In this document: positions 18,001 through 27,268 of the stretch, piece by piece
Layout of the letters: every line of letters begins with the position of its first letter
How positions within the stretch are numbered: the stretch's first letter is position 1
Assembly (NCBI GenBank): GCA_016181245.1
Contig: JACOZR010000018.1
Coordinates: 1 to 43,229, forward strand
Reading direction: 5' to 3'
Origin: Candidatus Woesearchaeota archaeon
GTDB lineage: Archaea > Nanobdellota > Nanobdellia > SCGC-AAA011-G17 > GW2011-AR20
Length of the DNA: 43,229 bases
Notes under the pieces: generated by a model
Databases searched by the model: none
The model's input: only the letters and a program-made list of their open reading frames with translations
What the model was told of the DNA's origin: nothing
Program-made: the position numbers and the translations under genes

Positions 18001-18576
18001 TACCCCTTAAAACTTTATGAAGCAGCATTAGAATATAAATTTCCATGGGAAGTTGAAGTTGAACAATTAAGACATAGGCTTGGTAAAGAGGATGAGCAAT
18101 ATGGTTGGAAGTTTACTCATGATACAAGTAATATTAATGATGGAGTTGTCTGTAGTGCATATAAATCTATACCAGATATGCAAAAAAAAGTTTTTGGGCA
18201 ATTAGAGATAGCAGAAAAGATAAGGGCAGTTGATGAAGTTGATGTAGCAAGACTGGTAATTGACAGACATTTTATTAGAGACATAAGAGGGAACTTAAGG
18301 AAGTTTTCTACACAAGAATTTAGATGTGTTAGTTGTAATGAAAAATATAGAAGACCACCTTTAGCAGGCTATTGCTTAAAATGTAAAGGCAAACTTCTTT
18401 TTACTGTTTCTGAGGGAAGTGTTATTAAATACCTAGAACCAAGCATTAGCTTAGCTGAAAAATATGAACTACCAAAATATCTGAGACAAACACTTGAACT
18501 AACTAAGATGCGTATTGAAAGCGTTTTTGGCAAAGATCCTGAAAAACAAGAAGGACTTGGAAGATGGTTTGGATAA
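15067..18576 (+). CDS. polC: DNA polymerase D large subunit (DP2), intein-free
   Basis: GPIRSAGGT, GGFRLRYGR, RMGRPEKA, catalytic RRDADGDE, zinc-binding Cys pairs. Confidence 0.98.
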   Translation: MKEYHKSLQLELNKTYDVAVKARSKCLDPSPYVEIPVAKNMAERVEGLISVAAPEIRGCGVVERIQELEKKYGKLNWRVALQVSEEVAQETFCKFTDKKKAMEVAIRVGIAYVTNGVVSSPLEGFTELKIKKRRDGKEYFALYFSGPIRSAGGTGASVSVIIGDYVRKKMGYSEYDPTEEEVKRMNTELYDYHEKVTNLQYLPSEEELEFMVRHLTVQIDGDPSEKYDVSNYKDLDRIETNKIRNGPCLVLGEGLCQKAPKLWKQIDKWGNDFDLVHWRFLEEFLNLQKKIKSKGVIKSENKDNLKIKPDFTFIKDLVAGRPVLTHPLRVGGFRLRYGRARNTGLSSNAIHPATMYVTNNFIAIGTQIKMERPGKASALSICDTIEGPIVKLKNQSVLLLNNVEDAKHYAPEVEEIIFLGDILVSYGDFFNRAHPLVPCGYNEEWWLRELEDKIEKKFDNDIDKLASSMGVDKSILKNIFFEPSSISFDNSVKLSRLLDIPLAPRFTYHWADINHEQFLSLLSWLSERRIENENIVLPFIYDLNSALSDADPKRILELLGVPHLVAGKNHVIISGEDAQAFSFSLNEFIIPLEDIKDAKNGLDIVNKICPVTIRDKSGTFIGARMGRPEKAKIRKLTGSPHCLFPIGEQGGRMRSFQSAIEKGYVKGDFPLYKCLNCNIDSIFSICIKCNSKTEKFYSCQACAKDVTTCTHKEVRKNYKYREIPIRDYMDYAQNNLNLKGLPDLIKGVRGLSSKDHIPENLMKGILRAVNEVYVNKDGTVRYDATELTITHFRPFEIGVTIEKLKSLGYLTDTYGNPLEEDTQIVELKPQDVIIPSCKDSLDEGGDDILLRSSKFIDDLLKHMYGMDTFYNADQRQDLVGHLVLSIAPHISAGIVCRIVGFSNTQGFYAHPMLHCAVRRDADGDEIAFTLLLDALLNFSRAYLPAHRGATQDAPLVLSSTLIPSEIDDMAFDVDIAPKYPLKLYEAALEYKFPWEVEVEQLRHRLGKEDEQYGWKFTHDTSNINDGVVCSAYKSIPDMQKKVFGQLEIAEKIRAVDEVDVARLVIDRHFIRDIRGNLRKFSTQEFRCVSCNEKYRRPPLAGYCLKCKGKLLFTVSEGSVIKYLEPSISLAEKYELPKYLRQTLELTKMRIESVFGKDPEKQEGLGRWFG

Positions 18577-18578
18577 AT

Positions 18579-19775
18579 TTATAGTAGGAAAAATAAAATA
18601 ACCGGCAAGATTAAAGACCCCATCAAGTGACTTTTTCCTGTTTCTTTTAAATCTGGAAGCATTCCTAAAAATATTGCAGTAAATAACACTATTACGCCTA
18701 TGAATCCTGAAATTATTAATACTGCAATTGTTAATCCTGCTATTATTGTTAAACTTAATATGTTATAGTTTATCATCGAAATATAAGTGCTAAACAATTT
18801 GGACATTTTCATCGCAATTATAGTCGATATACCCCCTACAACTAAGGCTATTGCTATAAATATTATCAAGTCGTTAATTGTAAAGGCTTCCATTATTTTT
18901 GATACAGCAACTATTGAACCGTTTCTTGCTTTGTCTAGAGCATAAATGGATACAAAGCTTATAATAAAGTCAATTGTGCTAATCCCTCCGACCATTATTA
19001 GAAAACTCTTTGAATCTTTTTCTTTAACTATAGAACTTCCTAATATCGCGCCTTGTGCACTTCCTAAACCGGGCAACATAGATACTATGCTTCCTGATAT
19101 CAAACTAGTTAAAACCGATTTGAATATCTTTCTTTTTTTAATATTTATTTCTACTTTTTCCTGTTTTGGAATTTTCACTTTATTTTTTAGACCAAGAAGT
19201 AATGTGCTTATTCCAAATAAACCTGAAAATAATGGAAATAAAGGTTCTTTTATCTGTAAGTTTATTGTTGCTATGCCTAATATCCCAGAAAGTAAAAAAA
19301 TTATCAATGCCCACAATCTATTTTTCTCTCTCAGTATAAGAAATGCCATTACTGCTATAATGATAAATGCGATATACTTTATAATCAAAGGATAACCCTT
19401 ACTCAAGAAAGTTATTAGTGGCGGTATTGAAACTATTGCAAATATTAAACCGAAAAGGGAACCTGTTATTGTTAATATTATTGCTTCGTGACCTTTTCCG
19501 TCTAATAGCATTTTGTGTCCTGGCAATACATTCATTGCACTGCTATCTGCATCTGGTGCACCTAGATAAATTGAAGGAAGTGCGTCTATTATTGAATTAG
19601 AAACAGCTACAGCCACTATTAATGTGGCCAACCCTATTGGCGATAAGTAACTTAGTAATATGGGAGAAAGAGATATGAGAATTACGTTCACCGCATTTGG
19701 ATGCAACCCCGGAACAAGTCCGCATATAATACCCAAAATAGTTCCCAAGACTATTATTACTAACAGTTCAAGCAT
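18579..19775 (-). CDS. TctA-family (DUF112) membrane permease
   Basis: GLVPGLHPN, PSIYLGAPD, VLPGHKML..GKG; many TM helices. Confidence 0.88.
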   Translation of the reverse strand: MLELLVIIVLGTILGIICGLVPGLHPNAVNVILISLSPILLSYLSPIGLATLIVAVAVSNSIIDALPSIYLGAPDADSSAMNVLPGHKMLLDGKGHEAIILTITGSLFGLIFAIVSIPPLITFLSKGYPLIIKYIAFIIIAVMAFLILREKNRLWALIIFLLSGILGIATINLQIKEPLFPLFSGLFGISTLLLGLKNKVKIPKQEKVEINIKKRKIFKSVLTSLISGSIVSMLPGLGSAQGAILGSSIVKEKDSKSFLIMVGGISTIDFIISFVSIYALDKARNGSIVAVSKIMEAFTINDLIIFIAIALVVGGISTIIAMKMSKLFSTYISMINYNILSLTIIAGLTIAVLIISGFIGVIVLFTAIFLGMLPDLKETGKSHLMGSLILPVILFFLL

Positions 19776-20137
19776 TACACTATAGCTATTTTATTAGCTA
19801 TTAATTCTTTTTTGTTTTGATATTCCTTTACCGTTCCTTCTATATCTGCTTTATATCCTTTACTTATGTTAAGTTTTTCCTCTTTAAAGACAATTACGCT
19901 TATTTTTCCACTGTCATCTTGTAGATCTAGGATGTACAATCCTGGTGTTTCTTTGACATTATTTATTTTACCTATTACCCTTATCTTTTCTTCCTCTTTC
20001 ATATTTTCAATGTCACTTATATTTACCTTTTTTATGTCAGTATATTCAACTATTAATAACAAAATAAGTATACCCGTTAAAGAAACTGTTAAAGCTATTT
20101 TGAATAATGATGATTCATTCATACTATGATTATACAC
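19775..20137 (-). CDS. Membrane-anchored OB-fold protein
   Basis: N-terminal TM helix, then IRVIGKI..LQDDSGKISVIVF..IEGTVKEY. Confidence 0.8.
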   Translation of the reverse strand: MYNHSMNESSLFKIALTVSLTGILILLLIVEYTDIKKVNISDIENMKEEEKIRVIGKINNVKETPGLYILDLQDDSGKISVIVFKEEKLNISKGYKADIEGTVKEYQNKKELIANKIAIV

Positions 20138-20191
20138 CCTGATTTTTGTGTATTTCGGTAAATTTTAAAACCTACGTTTTTTTGTTAAAGC

Positions 20192-20953
20192 ATGAAAATT
20201 ATTGGAATTCCTTTTGCTTCTGGGAGCTTAGGAAAAAATGAAGGATGTGAGAAAGCTCCAGAATTGGTTGTAAAAAGATTAAGGGACATTTCTGTAAATG
20301 AAGATGGTAATTCAATATCTTTTGATTTTTTAAAAGTAGATGTAGATAAAAACAACTTTGATTCTACACATAAAGAGATTCAACGAGTATCTGGGGATGT
20401 GTATATTGGCGGAGACCATTCTATTACTTACTCCAGTTTTAGTTCTTTGCCTGGAAAAAATAAAGGTATAATAATTTTGGACGCACACCCTGATTTAGAA
20501 GTTGGAACCAAGACACCAGATCATGAAAGCTACTTAAGAGTGCTTATAGAAGAAAGAAAAATTCCAAAAGAAAATATTTTGCTTGTCGGCATTAGAAGTG
20601 TAAGTAAAAATGAACTTGATTTTATCAAACAAAACAAAATTAAATGCATCTATATGAAATCCATATTTGAAAATGGAATCAGAGAAACAGCAGATGATAT
20701 TACTGAACTTGCCATTAACTTTTCAGATATTTACTTGAGCATAGATATAGATGTTTTGGATCCTGCTTTTGCCCCTGGAACAGGATATTGCGAGCCTGGA
20801 GGCATGAATATTAGAGAATTATTGTTCTTGTTACAAAGAATTAAAAAAATGAGGAATTTGAAAAGGATAGACCTTGTTGAAATAAATCCTGATAAAGATT
20901 CCAATGGCATAACTCTAAGCTGCGGGGCTAAAATATTATCCACCTTTTTTTGA
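20192..20953 (+). CDS. Agmatinase/arginase family ureohydrolase
   Basis: GGDHSITY, DAHPD, SIDIDVLDP, PGTG, DLVEINP. Confidence 0.93.
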   Translation: MKIIGIPFASGSLGKNEGCEKAPELVVKRLRDISVNEDGNSISFDFLKVDVDKNNFDSTHKEIQRVSGDVYIGGDHSITYSSFSSLPGKNKGIIILDAHPDLEVGTKTPDHESYLRVLIEERKIPKENILLVGIRSVSKNELDFIKQNKIKCIYMKSIFENGIRETADDITELAINFSDIYLSIDIDVLDPAFAPGTGYCEPGGMNIRELLFLLQRIKKMRNLKRIDLVEINPDKDSNGITLSCGAKILSTFF

Positions 20954-20990
20954 ATTATATTTTTATAGTAGGTTGTTTTATTGAATATTA

Positions 20991-21428
20991 ATGAAACTAG
21001 TTATATCTGTAAGAATATTTTTACTTTTTATTTTGCTAATCCTTACAGTTGGTTGTTCTTCACATAATATTGTTATTAATTCTGGCGGAAAAGAAGCATA
21101 CATTAATGCTGAAGTGGCAGATACTAATGAAGAAAGAATTAATGGGTTGATGTATAGGAAAAACTTATGCGACAATTGCGGTATGCTTTTTGTTTTTGAT
21201 GATTCTGATTACCGGTCTTTTTGGATGAAGAACACACTTATTCCTCTTGACATGATATTTATCGGTGAAAACTATGTAATCACTGATGTTAAAAGCGCTG
21301 TTCCTTGTTTAGAAGAAAAATGTGATACTTATTCTTCAACAAAAAAAGTAAAATATGTACTTGAGGTTAATGGTGGTTTTGTAAAGGAAAACAATATTAA
21401 TGTTGGAGATGTAGTTGTTATAACATGA
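20991..21428 (+). CDS. DUF192 family lipoprotein
   Basis: Lipobox TVGC; EVADT..GLMYR..GMLFVF..FWMKNTLIPLDMIF..YVLEVNGG. Confidence 0.92.
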   Translation: MKLVISVRIFLLFILLILTVGCSSHNIVINSGGKEAYINAEVADTNEERINGLMYRKNLCDNCGMLFVFDDSDYRSFWMKNTLIPLDMIFIGENYVITDVKSAVPCLEEKCDTYSSTKKVKYVLEVNGGFVKENNINVGDVVVIT

Positions 21429-21979
21429 GATGCTTTTTAGCTATTCCATTAAGCGATGAATTGAAAAATCATTTGTTTTTAGTAGCGCAAGATATAAAAA
21501 AAGAGTTCAAAAAGCATAAAATAAAATCAAGTTTTGTACCCAAAAAAAACCTGCACATCACTCTTATGTTTTTAGGAGAACTTAATGAAAAAGAAGTTAT
21601 ACAAATGAAGGATGCTATTTCTAAAATAAGATTTAAACCTTTTAGATTTAAACTAAAACATCTTGGTGTTTTTCCTAACGAAAATCTTTCTAGAGTTTTA
21701 TGGATTGGAATTGACCCTGTAAAAGATGTTATAGCTTTACAAAAAAAGATAGACACTGCTTTATTGGATATTGTTGGGTTGGCGAGAGATCACGAATTTG
21801 GAGCGCACATAACATTAGCTAGAACAAAACACTCTCCAAAAATCTCTGCAGTTATCAAAAATATTCAATTAGCAGAAATTGAACAAAGTGTCGATTCTAT
21901 TGTGCTTTATAGGAGTGAGTTACATAAGGATGGCGCAAAGTATTTTTTAGTTGAGAAATTTAAAGTGAACAATGCTTAG
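21425..21979 (+). CDS. thpR: RNA 2',3'-cyclic phosphodiesterase (2H family)
   Basis: MRCFLAI start; two HITL motifs. Confidence 0.93.
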   Translation: MRCFLAIPLSDELKNHLFLVAQDIKKEFKKHKIKSSFVPKKNLHITLMFLGELNEKEVIQMKDAISKIRFKPFRFKLKHLGVFPNENLSRVLWIGIDPVKDVIALQKKIDTALLDIVGLARDHEFGAHITLARTKHSPKISAVIKNIQLAEIEQSVDSIVLYRSELHKDGAKYFLVEKFKVNNA

Positions 21980-22632
21980 GATTCATATTCTTTTTCCATA
22001 ACCTCTTTTATTTTTCTAGCTTTGTTTTTTCCTATCTTTTCAACTTCTTGCAATTCCTTTTCATTAGTACACGCTATGTTCTTTATGGATTTGAATTTTT
22101 TTAATAATGACTTTGCTAAGGTTGGCCCTACACCTGGTAAAGATTCTACTATATATTCTTGCAGCTCTTTTGTACTGATTGGTTTTTTTGACTTTAATAA
22201 ACTTACATCTCTTTTTTTGTTTTCTAATCTTTTAGCAATTGTTTCTAGATATGCTGCTGTGTCTTTTTCACTCTTTGTATAAATTATTGGAACTTGCAGG
22301 TCTATTGCAATTGCTGAAAGCATGCCTCTTATAGAGTTAGGGTGAAAATTTCTTACCTGGTAGATATTTTCTTCTCCCTCTATTATTAGTATTGGAATGT
22401 TGAAATTTTCTTTTAATGATATTAGCTGGGTTATAATCCTCTTGTCTATTATAGAATTTAGAAAATCACTTATTGTTTTTCTTTCGATACCTACTAGAAC
22501 TTCTCTACCCTCTAACATTTTTGACTGGATTATGAAATCTGCTGAAATAAGACTTTTTATGTTTACTTTAATATGCTTTTTTGATAACTCTAAAATAATT
22601 CTCTTTTCTCTGTAATCTGCTATTATTTCCAT
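21976..22632 (-). CDS. ERCC4/XPF nuclease with tandem HhH (Hef nuclease moiety)
   Basis: IADYRE, ERKTISDF, LPGVGP and VEKIG HhH motifs. Confidence 0.93.
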   Translation of the reverse strand: MEIIADYREKRIILELSKKHIKVNIKSLISADFIIQSKMLEGREVLVGIERKTISDFLNSIIDKRIITQLISLKENFNIPILIIEGEENIYQVRNFHPNSIRGMLSAIAIDLQVPIIYTKSEKDTAAYLETIAKRLENKKRDVSLLKSKKPISTKELQEYIVESLPGVGPTLAKSLLKKFKSIKNIACTNEKELQEVEKIGKNKARKIKEVMEKEYES

Positions 22633-22683
22633 ATTAATTTATAATCTTTTTATAATATAAATTTTTATATATTTACCTTTATT

Positions 22684-23145
22684 ATGATTTTTATGAAAAC
22701 AAGAAATGCTGTTGCTTCTTTATTGACTTTAGTATCTATGGGATTAAGTGATGTTGGGGCTGTTGAACTTAAAGATTCTACTAGTGTTACTCCCGATACA
22801 TTAAAGGTTTGCGTTTCAGATAATCCTGTCTTGGGCCCAGGTATATATTTAGATCTTCCTGATTCGAGGTATACTGGCAAAAGACTTGGAAATCATTTTG
22901 ATCCACCTTTTTTAGTTTCTGATAATTCTATCGTAGGTTGGCACATCCAAACTAAGAGCGTAGAGGGATCTATCATTCTCGTTACTCAACTTTTTGGTCC
23001 TGGTATTTTTGTAGGCAATCCGCATTTTGCTTCTACTCCCCTTTTTGAGCATTTAGATAGTTTGATGACTACTCGTTTTGTTGGTTATGATAAAACTGAT
23101 TTACAGAAATATTTAGATGGGTATGTGGGGAATATGAACCATTAA
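22684..23145 (+). CDS. Hypothetical protein with possible signal peptide
   Basis: 153-aa ORF with upstream TATA; no recognisable motif. Confidence 0.6.
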   Translation: MIFMKTRNAVASLLTLVSMGLSDVGAVELKDSTSVTPDTLKVCVSDNPVLGPGIYLDLPDSRYTGKRLGNHFDPPFLVSDNSIVGWHIQTKSVEGSIILVTQLFGPGIFVGNPHFASTPLFEHLDSLMTTRFVGYDKTDLQKYLDGYVGNMNH

Positions 23146-23146
23146 T

Positions 23147-24646
23147 CTATTGATAATTCTCTAGAGTATTACTTGACTGCATTTGTTTTAAAATGAATTT
23201 CATTGATTTTTCTTTTCTTTTAGCTGACCAGTAATATCCTTGTTCTCTTGTATCTTTTGTCATTAATTGGATTATTCTTCCAGAAGCTATTCTACCAACT
23301 CTACCTGCTCTTTGTATCGCTCTTATTTCTGATGGCACGCAATCGTAAAATATCGCTAAATTTGCTCCTGAAATATCTAAACCTTCTTCTCCAATTGAAG
23401 TACAGATAAGTGTATTGTAATCTCCTTCCTCAAATGTTTTTATTGTACTTATCTGCTCTTTTTGTGACAACCCCGATTTTTGTCCTATTAATTTTAATGG
23501 CTTTATTTTTGGCTCTTGGCCTAGAAATGTTATTATCTCATCTATTGTATCTCTGTAATTTGCAAATACTATTGTTTTTGTTTTTTCTGGTTCTTTCTTA
23601 AGTGCTCCTATTAGTGCTAATAACTTTGGATGTTTTATTCCTTTTTTTATTAAATCTGTATTTTTTTCCATGACATTTTTTATTTCTTTATTATTAACTA
23701 ATGCCTTTGCAGCCTTGGAATTTTCACTTTTTAATTTTTCCCAGTACTTTTGTATTGCTTCTAATCCTTGTGTTTCAAGAAGTTCTAGAAGATAATCTAT
23801 CTTAAGTAAATACGATGTTAAAGATACACCATAAAAGGCTATCTGGTTTTTATTTTCTATTTCTTTTCTCAACTGATATTGCAATTTTAATATATCTGTT
23901 TTGTTAATTACATTTGCTGGTTTATAGAATCCCAGTTTTTCAAGATCTTTTAATCTTAACTTGTAAATATTTTTTATTACCTTATGAATTTCTTTCATTT
24001 CTTTTGGTAATTCTACTTCTACCCAGGTTATATCTTTTTTTTGTACATATTGTGCTACTTCTTTATGTTGTTCTTCTCTTATTTCTACTCTTTCTATGAA
24101 AAGATTTTTACAGACATCATTTATTTTTTCTCTTGTACCCCCTGGTGAAGCTGTTAAGGCAATTATTCTTTGATTATTCGCTTGTTGATTGTAAAAGAAT
24201 GCAACTCTCGTATTAGCGTAGTTTTCTTTTGACCTGTGCGCTTCATCAATAACTAAAAGTGAAACATCTTCTAGACTTATTCTCCCATTCTCCAAATCTT
24301 TTTGTATTGTTTGAGGTGTTGCAATTATTATCTTGCTTTTTTTGAATATTTCAATTCTATTTTTTGGAGAAATTATCCCAGTTAACATTTGAATGTATTC
24401 TTCTTCTAGGTTGGTGTTTGCTTGAAACTCCTTTTTTATTTGTGATGCCAATGGTTTTGTTGGTGTAAGAAACAGGATTTGTGTATTCTTATAATCGTTT
24501 AATCTTTTCATTGCTAGTAAAATTGCTGTTTTTGTTTTTCCTAATCCTGTTGGGAGAATTATTAATGTATTGTGGTTTAATGCTGTTTTTACTATGTTTT
24601 CCTGATATTCTCTCGGAGTATAATCTTTGATTTCAAACATAATCAT
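23147..24646 (-). CDS. hef: Hef/FANCM-like SF2 helicase without fused nuclease
   Basis: PREYQ, PTGLGKT, DEAH, LTASPG, EEGLDI, QRAGRVGR. Confidence 0.92.
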   Translation of the reverse strand: MIMFEIKDYTPREYQENIVKTALNHNTLIILPTGLGKTKTAILLAMKRLNDYKNTQILFLTPTKPLASQIKKEFQANTNLEEEYIQMLTGIISPKNRIEIFKKSKIIIATPQTIQKDLENGRISLEDVSLLVIDEAHRSKENYANTRVAFFYNQQANNQRIIALTASPGGTREKINDVCKNLFIERVEIREEQHKEVAQYVQKKDITWVEVELPKEMKEIHKVIKNIYKLRLKDLEKLGFYKPANVINKTDILKLQYQLRKEIENKNQIAFYGVSLTSYLLKIDYLLELLETQGLEAIQKYWEKLKSENSKAAKALVNNKEIKNVMEKNTDLIKKGIKHPKLLALIGALKKEPEKTKTIVFANYRDTIDEIITFLGQEPKIKPLKLIGQKSGLSQKEQISTIKTFEEGDYNTLICTSIGEEGLDISGANLAIFYDCVPSEIRAIQRAGRVGRIASGRIIQLMTKDTREQGYYWSAKRKEKSMKFILKQMQSSNTLENYQ

Positions 24647-24681
24647 AAAGGTTTAAAAGTATATTTAAACTATGTTATACT

Positions 24682-24948
24682 ATGATAACTAAGATTTTAG
24701 GAATTATAGACCTTTTGGCAGCTTCTTTTCTCCTATTAGCTGGTTTTGATGTTATTTTCACAAGTTCTTTCATATTAATAACTGCTTTATTGTTAGTAAA
24801 GAGTTTAATATTCTTAACAAACTGGACTAGTTGGATTGATCTGGTTATTGTGATTTTTATGATTTTAATTTTATTTAATTTTTACACTTTTATCAATTTA
24901 TTTTTTGCATTATGGTTACTCCAAAAAGGAGTTCTTTCCCTTTTTTAA
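24682..24948 (+). CDS. Small membrane protein
   Basis: 88 aa, nearly all hydrophobic, with two internal 'IDL' repeats. Confidence 0.7.
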   Translation: MITKILGIIDLLAASFLLLAGFDVIFTSSFILITALLLVKSLIFLTNWTSWIDLVIVIFMILILFNFYTFINLFFALWLLQKGVLSLF

Positions 24949-25715
24949 AAATGCTCTGAGAACATTTTTTTACCGTACTCTATATATTTAAAGTAAGCAA
25001 TTGCAAGTATTAATGCGACCACTAAGGCAAGAAGCAGTGCGAATTTTATTGATAAGATTCCTACTAATATTAAGAATAAAATTGCCAAAACTGCTGTGAA
25101 GACATATGTTGTTCTTGAATGCATTGCTATGTAATTTCCTGGAAGAGTTGAAAGAGGTATTAAATTTCCTATTATTATCCATGTATTTACTATTACTCCC
25201 GTTTCTGAGTTCAGCAACATGAAAAAAACTAAAGTTATTGTACTAAAAATAATCCCGGCTATTGTTATTCTTGAGGCTTCATGATCTCTTACGTACTTGT
25301 ATTTTCTATCAATTCTTTCTGAGTCTAATGAAAAATTAGAAATTGCTGTAAAATATTGCAAGCCTGAAGATACTAAAGTTACAAAAATTGCTATTATCTG
25401 CCCTAGATAAGTTGGTAATGGGATATGAAATGCTTTTAGTGATATCTTTTTTTCTAACTCTTGGATTCTCCACAAACCAAAAGTTAATGATATCCTGTAA
25501 TATTTTGCTGCTAATTTGTAGCCTAAAATAAGCATCTGCGCAGAGACTGTTACAATTAGGAACGTCCTTATTAGATTCAATGTCCATGATGCTGTTGTTG
25601 TGATTTCTTTTCTATCGTTATATGCAAAAATTAATGTTAAGAGAATTATTAGAATTAAACTATCCTTGATTTCCTTTGATAATTTTAATGATACCTTCTT
25701 CATGCCCAGCGCCAA
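24945..25715 (-). CDS. Multi-pass membrane protein, possibly degenerate M50/site-2 protease-like
   Basis: NLIP..LPG resembles the NPDG motif but HExxH is absent. The true start is probably downstream of 25715. Confidence 0.6.
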   Translation of the reverse strand: MALGMKKVSLKLSKEIKDSLILIILLTLIFAYNDRKEITTTASWTLNLIRTFLIVTVSAQMLILGYKLAAKYYRISLTFGLWRIQELEKKISLKAFHIPLPTYLGQIIAIFVTLVSSGLQYFTAISNFSLDSERIDRKYKYVRDHEASRITIAGIIFSTITLVFFMLLNSETGVIVNTWIIIGNLIPLSTLPGNYIAMHSRTTYVFTAVLAILFLILVGILSIKFALLLALVVALILAIAYFKYIEYGKKMFSEHF

Positions 25716-26331
25716 CTATTGCAAATATTGTCTTAGTTGGATTATTAGTCATTAGGCTATATAAGTTTTTTGCCATCACATGATTTCTTTCTTCTATTAA
25801 GACATTGTAAACATTAGGGTAGGAGTTCTTTACTATTTGAACCATTTTTTCTATTGTTTCTTTAGGAGGTATTTTTCTTAAATCAAAAGGTTCTATCTGT
25901 GGTTTTCTGGTTATTAGCCCTTTTATTATTTCTTTAACAAATCTTAATTTTTCTCTCCATGTTACACTTTTTGATAATTTTTTTAGTGTAATTGATATAT
26001 CCTGGTCTATTAGGGCTATAGCCAACTTGTGTTTTTTTGCTAATTTTATTGCTGTTTTCATTTCGCTTCCAGGGGTTACTCCCACAAGCTTTCCTAGCTT
26101 TTTTTCAATATAAGCCCCTATTAAGTTCATTAAGAAACCCTTTATGCCTAGATATCTTATATCTTTTATACTCAGCTTTTTTTCCTGGAATAAGGCATAA
26201 ACTCTCTTTTGGTCTAGTTCTATTGCCACTATCTCTGGCTTTTTTGCTTCTATAAACTCCTTTACTTTGTCTATTGACTCTTGGGCTATGTGTGATGTTC
26301 CAAGTAGATATATATTTCTGTAAGATAGCAT
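25660..26331 (-). CDS. TraB/PrgY family protein
   Basis: LGTSHI, VAIELD, PGSEM, ERN, AIVGAGH. Confidence 0.92.
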   Translation of the reverse strand: MLSYRNIYLLGTSHIAQESIDKVKEFIEAKKPEIVAIELDQKRVYALFQEKKLSIKDIRYLGIKGFLMNLIGAYIEKKLGKLVGVTPGSEMKTAIKLAKKHKLAIALIDQDISITLKKLSKSVTWREKLRFVKEIIKGLITRKPQIEPFDLRKIPPKETIEKMVQIVKNSYPNVYNVLIEERNHVMAKNLYSLMTNNPTKTIFAIVGAGHEEGIIKIIKGNQG

Positions 26332-26376
26332 ATCATAAGAGAAATCTTTAAATATATAAACTGAGTGTAGAAAGTT

Positions 26377-26649
26377 ATGTTAAGAACAAAAAGAGTCACA
26401 GAAGTTTATGATATGAAGGTTTTTACCGATGATGGAAACTATTTTGGTGATATTGAAGAAACTATTTTAGGTTCTAACAAAGTTTTTGGATGGAAAGTAA
26501 GGGCAACTAAGGGGTCTTATCTAAGCAAGGTTTTAGGTGGTGCTAAAGGGGTTATTGTTCCACACCAGATGATAAGGTCTTTTGGTGATGTTGTTCTAAT
26601 TAGTAAAGATGCTATTCCACAGCAAGAACAGAGTGAAGAAGAAGAGTAA
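26377..26649 (+). CDS. PRC-barrel domain protein
   Basis: MKVFTDDGNYFGDI...IVPHQMIRSFGDVVLI. Confidence 0.9.
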   Translation: MLRTKRVTEVYDMKVFTDDGNYFGDIEETILGSNKVFGWKVRATKGSYLSKVLGGAKGVIVPHQMIRSFGDVVLISKDAIPQQEQSEEEE

Positions 26650-26681
26650 AATTTATATAGTTCTGAAATCAAAAGATTTTT

Positions 26682-27266
26682 ATGGCTTCATCTTTGCAGA
26701 ATGCTGTTCAATTTTTTCAAGAATTTGGTTTATTTGATGTAGTTTTGCCATTTCTTTTGGTTTTTTCTCTTGTTTTTGCAGTGCTTGAGAAAACTATGAT
26801 TCTAGGGAAAGAAACCCATGGTGGGAGAGATATTCCAAATAAAAATTTGAATGCCTCGATGGCTTTTGTTATAGCTATGTTGGTTATTGCAAGCACTAGA
26901 ATTGTAGGCATAATCAATACCGCTTTACCAAATATAATGCTTTTATTGGTTGTTTCATTAATGTTCCTTTTGCTTATTGGGATATTTGTTGGAACTGGAG
27001 AACTTAATTTTTCAAAAGAGCATACAAAGGCAAATACTTTTATCTTATTTGTCATGTTTTTTGGTGTTGTTTTGGTTTTTTTAGATGCTATTCCAACTGA
27101 TTCTGGTAAAAGCTGGTTGGATTTTGTTTGGGATTTTATTTTAAATCAATGGAGTGGAGCTGTGTTTTCATCCATTGTCATACTACTGGTGATTATAGGA
27201 GCAATACTTTATGTAACAAATACTCCTAAACCTTCTGGCGGAGAAAATAGAAAAGGAGCTGATTAA
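26682..27266 (+). CDS. Multi-pass membrane protein, paralogue 1 of 3
   Basis: DVVLPFLLVFSLVFAVLEKT motif shared with the next two genes. Confidence 0.85.
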   Translation: MASSLQNAVQFFQEFGLFDVVLPFLLVFSLVFAVLEKTMILGKETHGGRDIPNKNLNASMAFVIAMLVIASTRIVGIINTALPNIMLLLVVSLMFLLLIGIFVGTGELNFSKEHTKANTFILFVMFFGVVLVFLDAIPTDSGKSWLDFVWDFILNQWSGAVFSSIVILLVIIGAILYVTNTPKPSGGENRKGAD

Positions 27267-27268
27267 TT

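Noticed and set aside
15067-18576. Intein in DP2 (also checked cdc6 and the pilus ATPase)
   Set aside because: The catalytic RRDADGDE region and Walker motifs are uninterrupted, and no Hint motifs are visible.
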